The notes under the pieces: model-generated
What the model saw: only the letters and a program-made list of their open reading frames with translations
Told to the model about the DNA's origin: nothing
The model's database searches: none
Assembly (NCBI RefSeq): GCF_003704095.1
Contig: NW_020845131.1
Location: forward strand, 124,001 to 188,000
Source: Pocillopora damicornis
Lineage: Eukaryota
Length of the DNA stretch: 64,000 nucleotides
Direction of reading: 5' to 3'
In this document: positions 62,934-64,000 of the stretch, in pieces
Layout of the letters: every line of letters starts with the position of its first letter
How positions within the stretch are numbered: position 1 is the first letter of the stretch
Position numbers and translations under genes: made by a program

Positions 62934-62966
62934 CAACAACAACAACAACAACAACAGCAACAACAA
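62934..62966. repeat. (AAC)n microsatellite
   Basis: Visible directly, with one AGC interruption. A shorter AAC tract lies at ~3408-3431. Confidence 0.9.
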
Positions 62967-63266
62967 ACTGTGAGTTTATCTCCAGAAACATATTAAGGTG
63001 CTAAGCTATGCTAAACATGGATCGCGTCTTTTTTTCAATGTGCGTTTTGAGAGTTTTAACTTCAAGACACGTTTGTTGCAACCAGCTCGGGATAGTAGAT
63101 TTTTCTGGTTAGATAGTTAGACATAGGTAGGGTTGTGAATTAGCTTCCACTTCGAATCACAGAATATTTCAACACAAACACCAACTGGTGCGGTTCAAAA
63201 CAACCATCATAAACACAACTCAGAGATGATTTACCAATAACAATTATGATGATCATAATAACATGG

Positions 63267-63581
63267 TACAGTTGATATTAAGCGGCACCGTATTAAGCGG
63301 TCACCCTGTTTTAAGCGGTCCGCTCCCAAGGACCCGAGCTTTTACCCCCGGATTATTGTAATTTTGTAACTCTATTAAGAATAATCTTCCAAGTAAAATT
63401 TATTTCATCCACATATTCATCCCCGAAATAAATGTTCGTAGTATTTCTGTGGGATTCTTTGTAAATTAAATGGTTAACTATGCTGCAATCATTTAGATAC
63501 AACACCCCTCTTCTGTGGAACTTGTGTAGAGCTATTAAACTCCATTCCCCGGGAGTGACCGCTAACACAGGTTTGACTATA
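63267..63581. mobile_element. Tc1/mariner/pogo-like MITE (TA-CAGT terminus)
   Basis: Starts TACAGT with three TTAAGCGG units and ends GACCGCTAACACAGGTTTGACTATA (inverted relative to those units), with TA flanks. Confidence 0.55.
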
Positions 63582-64000
63582 TCAAACTCATAGACAACGA
63601 TAGCTATATAAAGTTCAACATTACCTAATATTATCCAAAAAATTCTTAACAAACGCAACATAAAAATTCCCATGCTAGCAAAATAAATGCTAATAATTAA
63701 AAAAAAAATGGTATCAACACTTGGTTGAAGTCCTAATGAAAACGGTAAATGAAATATCATAGCAACTAAGCTTAATCGTGAATTAATTCGTTCCCTTTAA
63801 TGTTTTCTTTTGTGTATTTTTTTTCCAAACCAGCATTTAAGTATTACATAACCTGTACAAAGGCTAACTCCTGCACATGATCGTGCGAGGTGCCTGCAGC
63901 AAAAAAAGAAATGTTTTGGTACAGTTTCGTCATACTACTATAGAGGACCTTAAAGCAGCATAAGGTGTTTTTCACTGACTAATACTGGCACTATTTAGGG

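Noticed and set aside
63353-63760. 135-aa hydrophobic ORF as a membrane protein
   Set aside because: It overlaps a MITE and T-rich sequence; the hydrophobicity reflects base composition.

Overview
AT-rich, intron-containing animal genomic DNA, not prokaryotic. The genes and the short palindromic repeats look cnidarian, most likely a stony coral (my recognition, not a database result). Four protein-coding genes can be built with canonical GT-AG introns in consistent phase. (1) A Dmrt transcription factor on + (28988-30875, 3 coding exons, ~405 aa) with DM, DMA and C-terminal zinc-ribbon domains; intron 2 contains a 100-N gap. (2) A 119-aa ankyrin-repeat gene on + (35271-38438) with the myotrophin/V-1 exon layout, mostly missed by the ORF track. 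(3) An intronless p24-gamma/TMED3/7-like GOLD protein on - (41006-41623). (4) A divergent Six1/2-class homeobox gene on - (44380-47821, 2 exons). The two transcription-factor genes point inward and enclose the two small genes, each with a long gene-poor upstream region (~29 kb and >16 kb). These regions hold MITEs, SINE remnants, a degenerate hammerhead-like repeat and a probable decayed multi-exon gene (~12.6-16.7 kb). The main points of interest are substitutions at normally conserved functional positions in three genes: the Dmrt recognition helix, the myotrophin capping-protein contacts and the Six subfamily tetrapeptide. There is no CRISPR array, rRNA, intact tRNA or intact transposase, and I cannot support a wholly new system from sequence alone.
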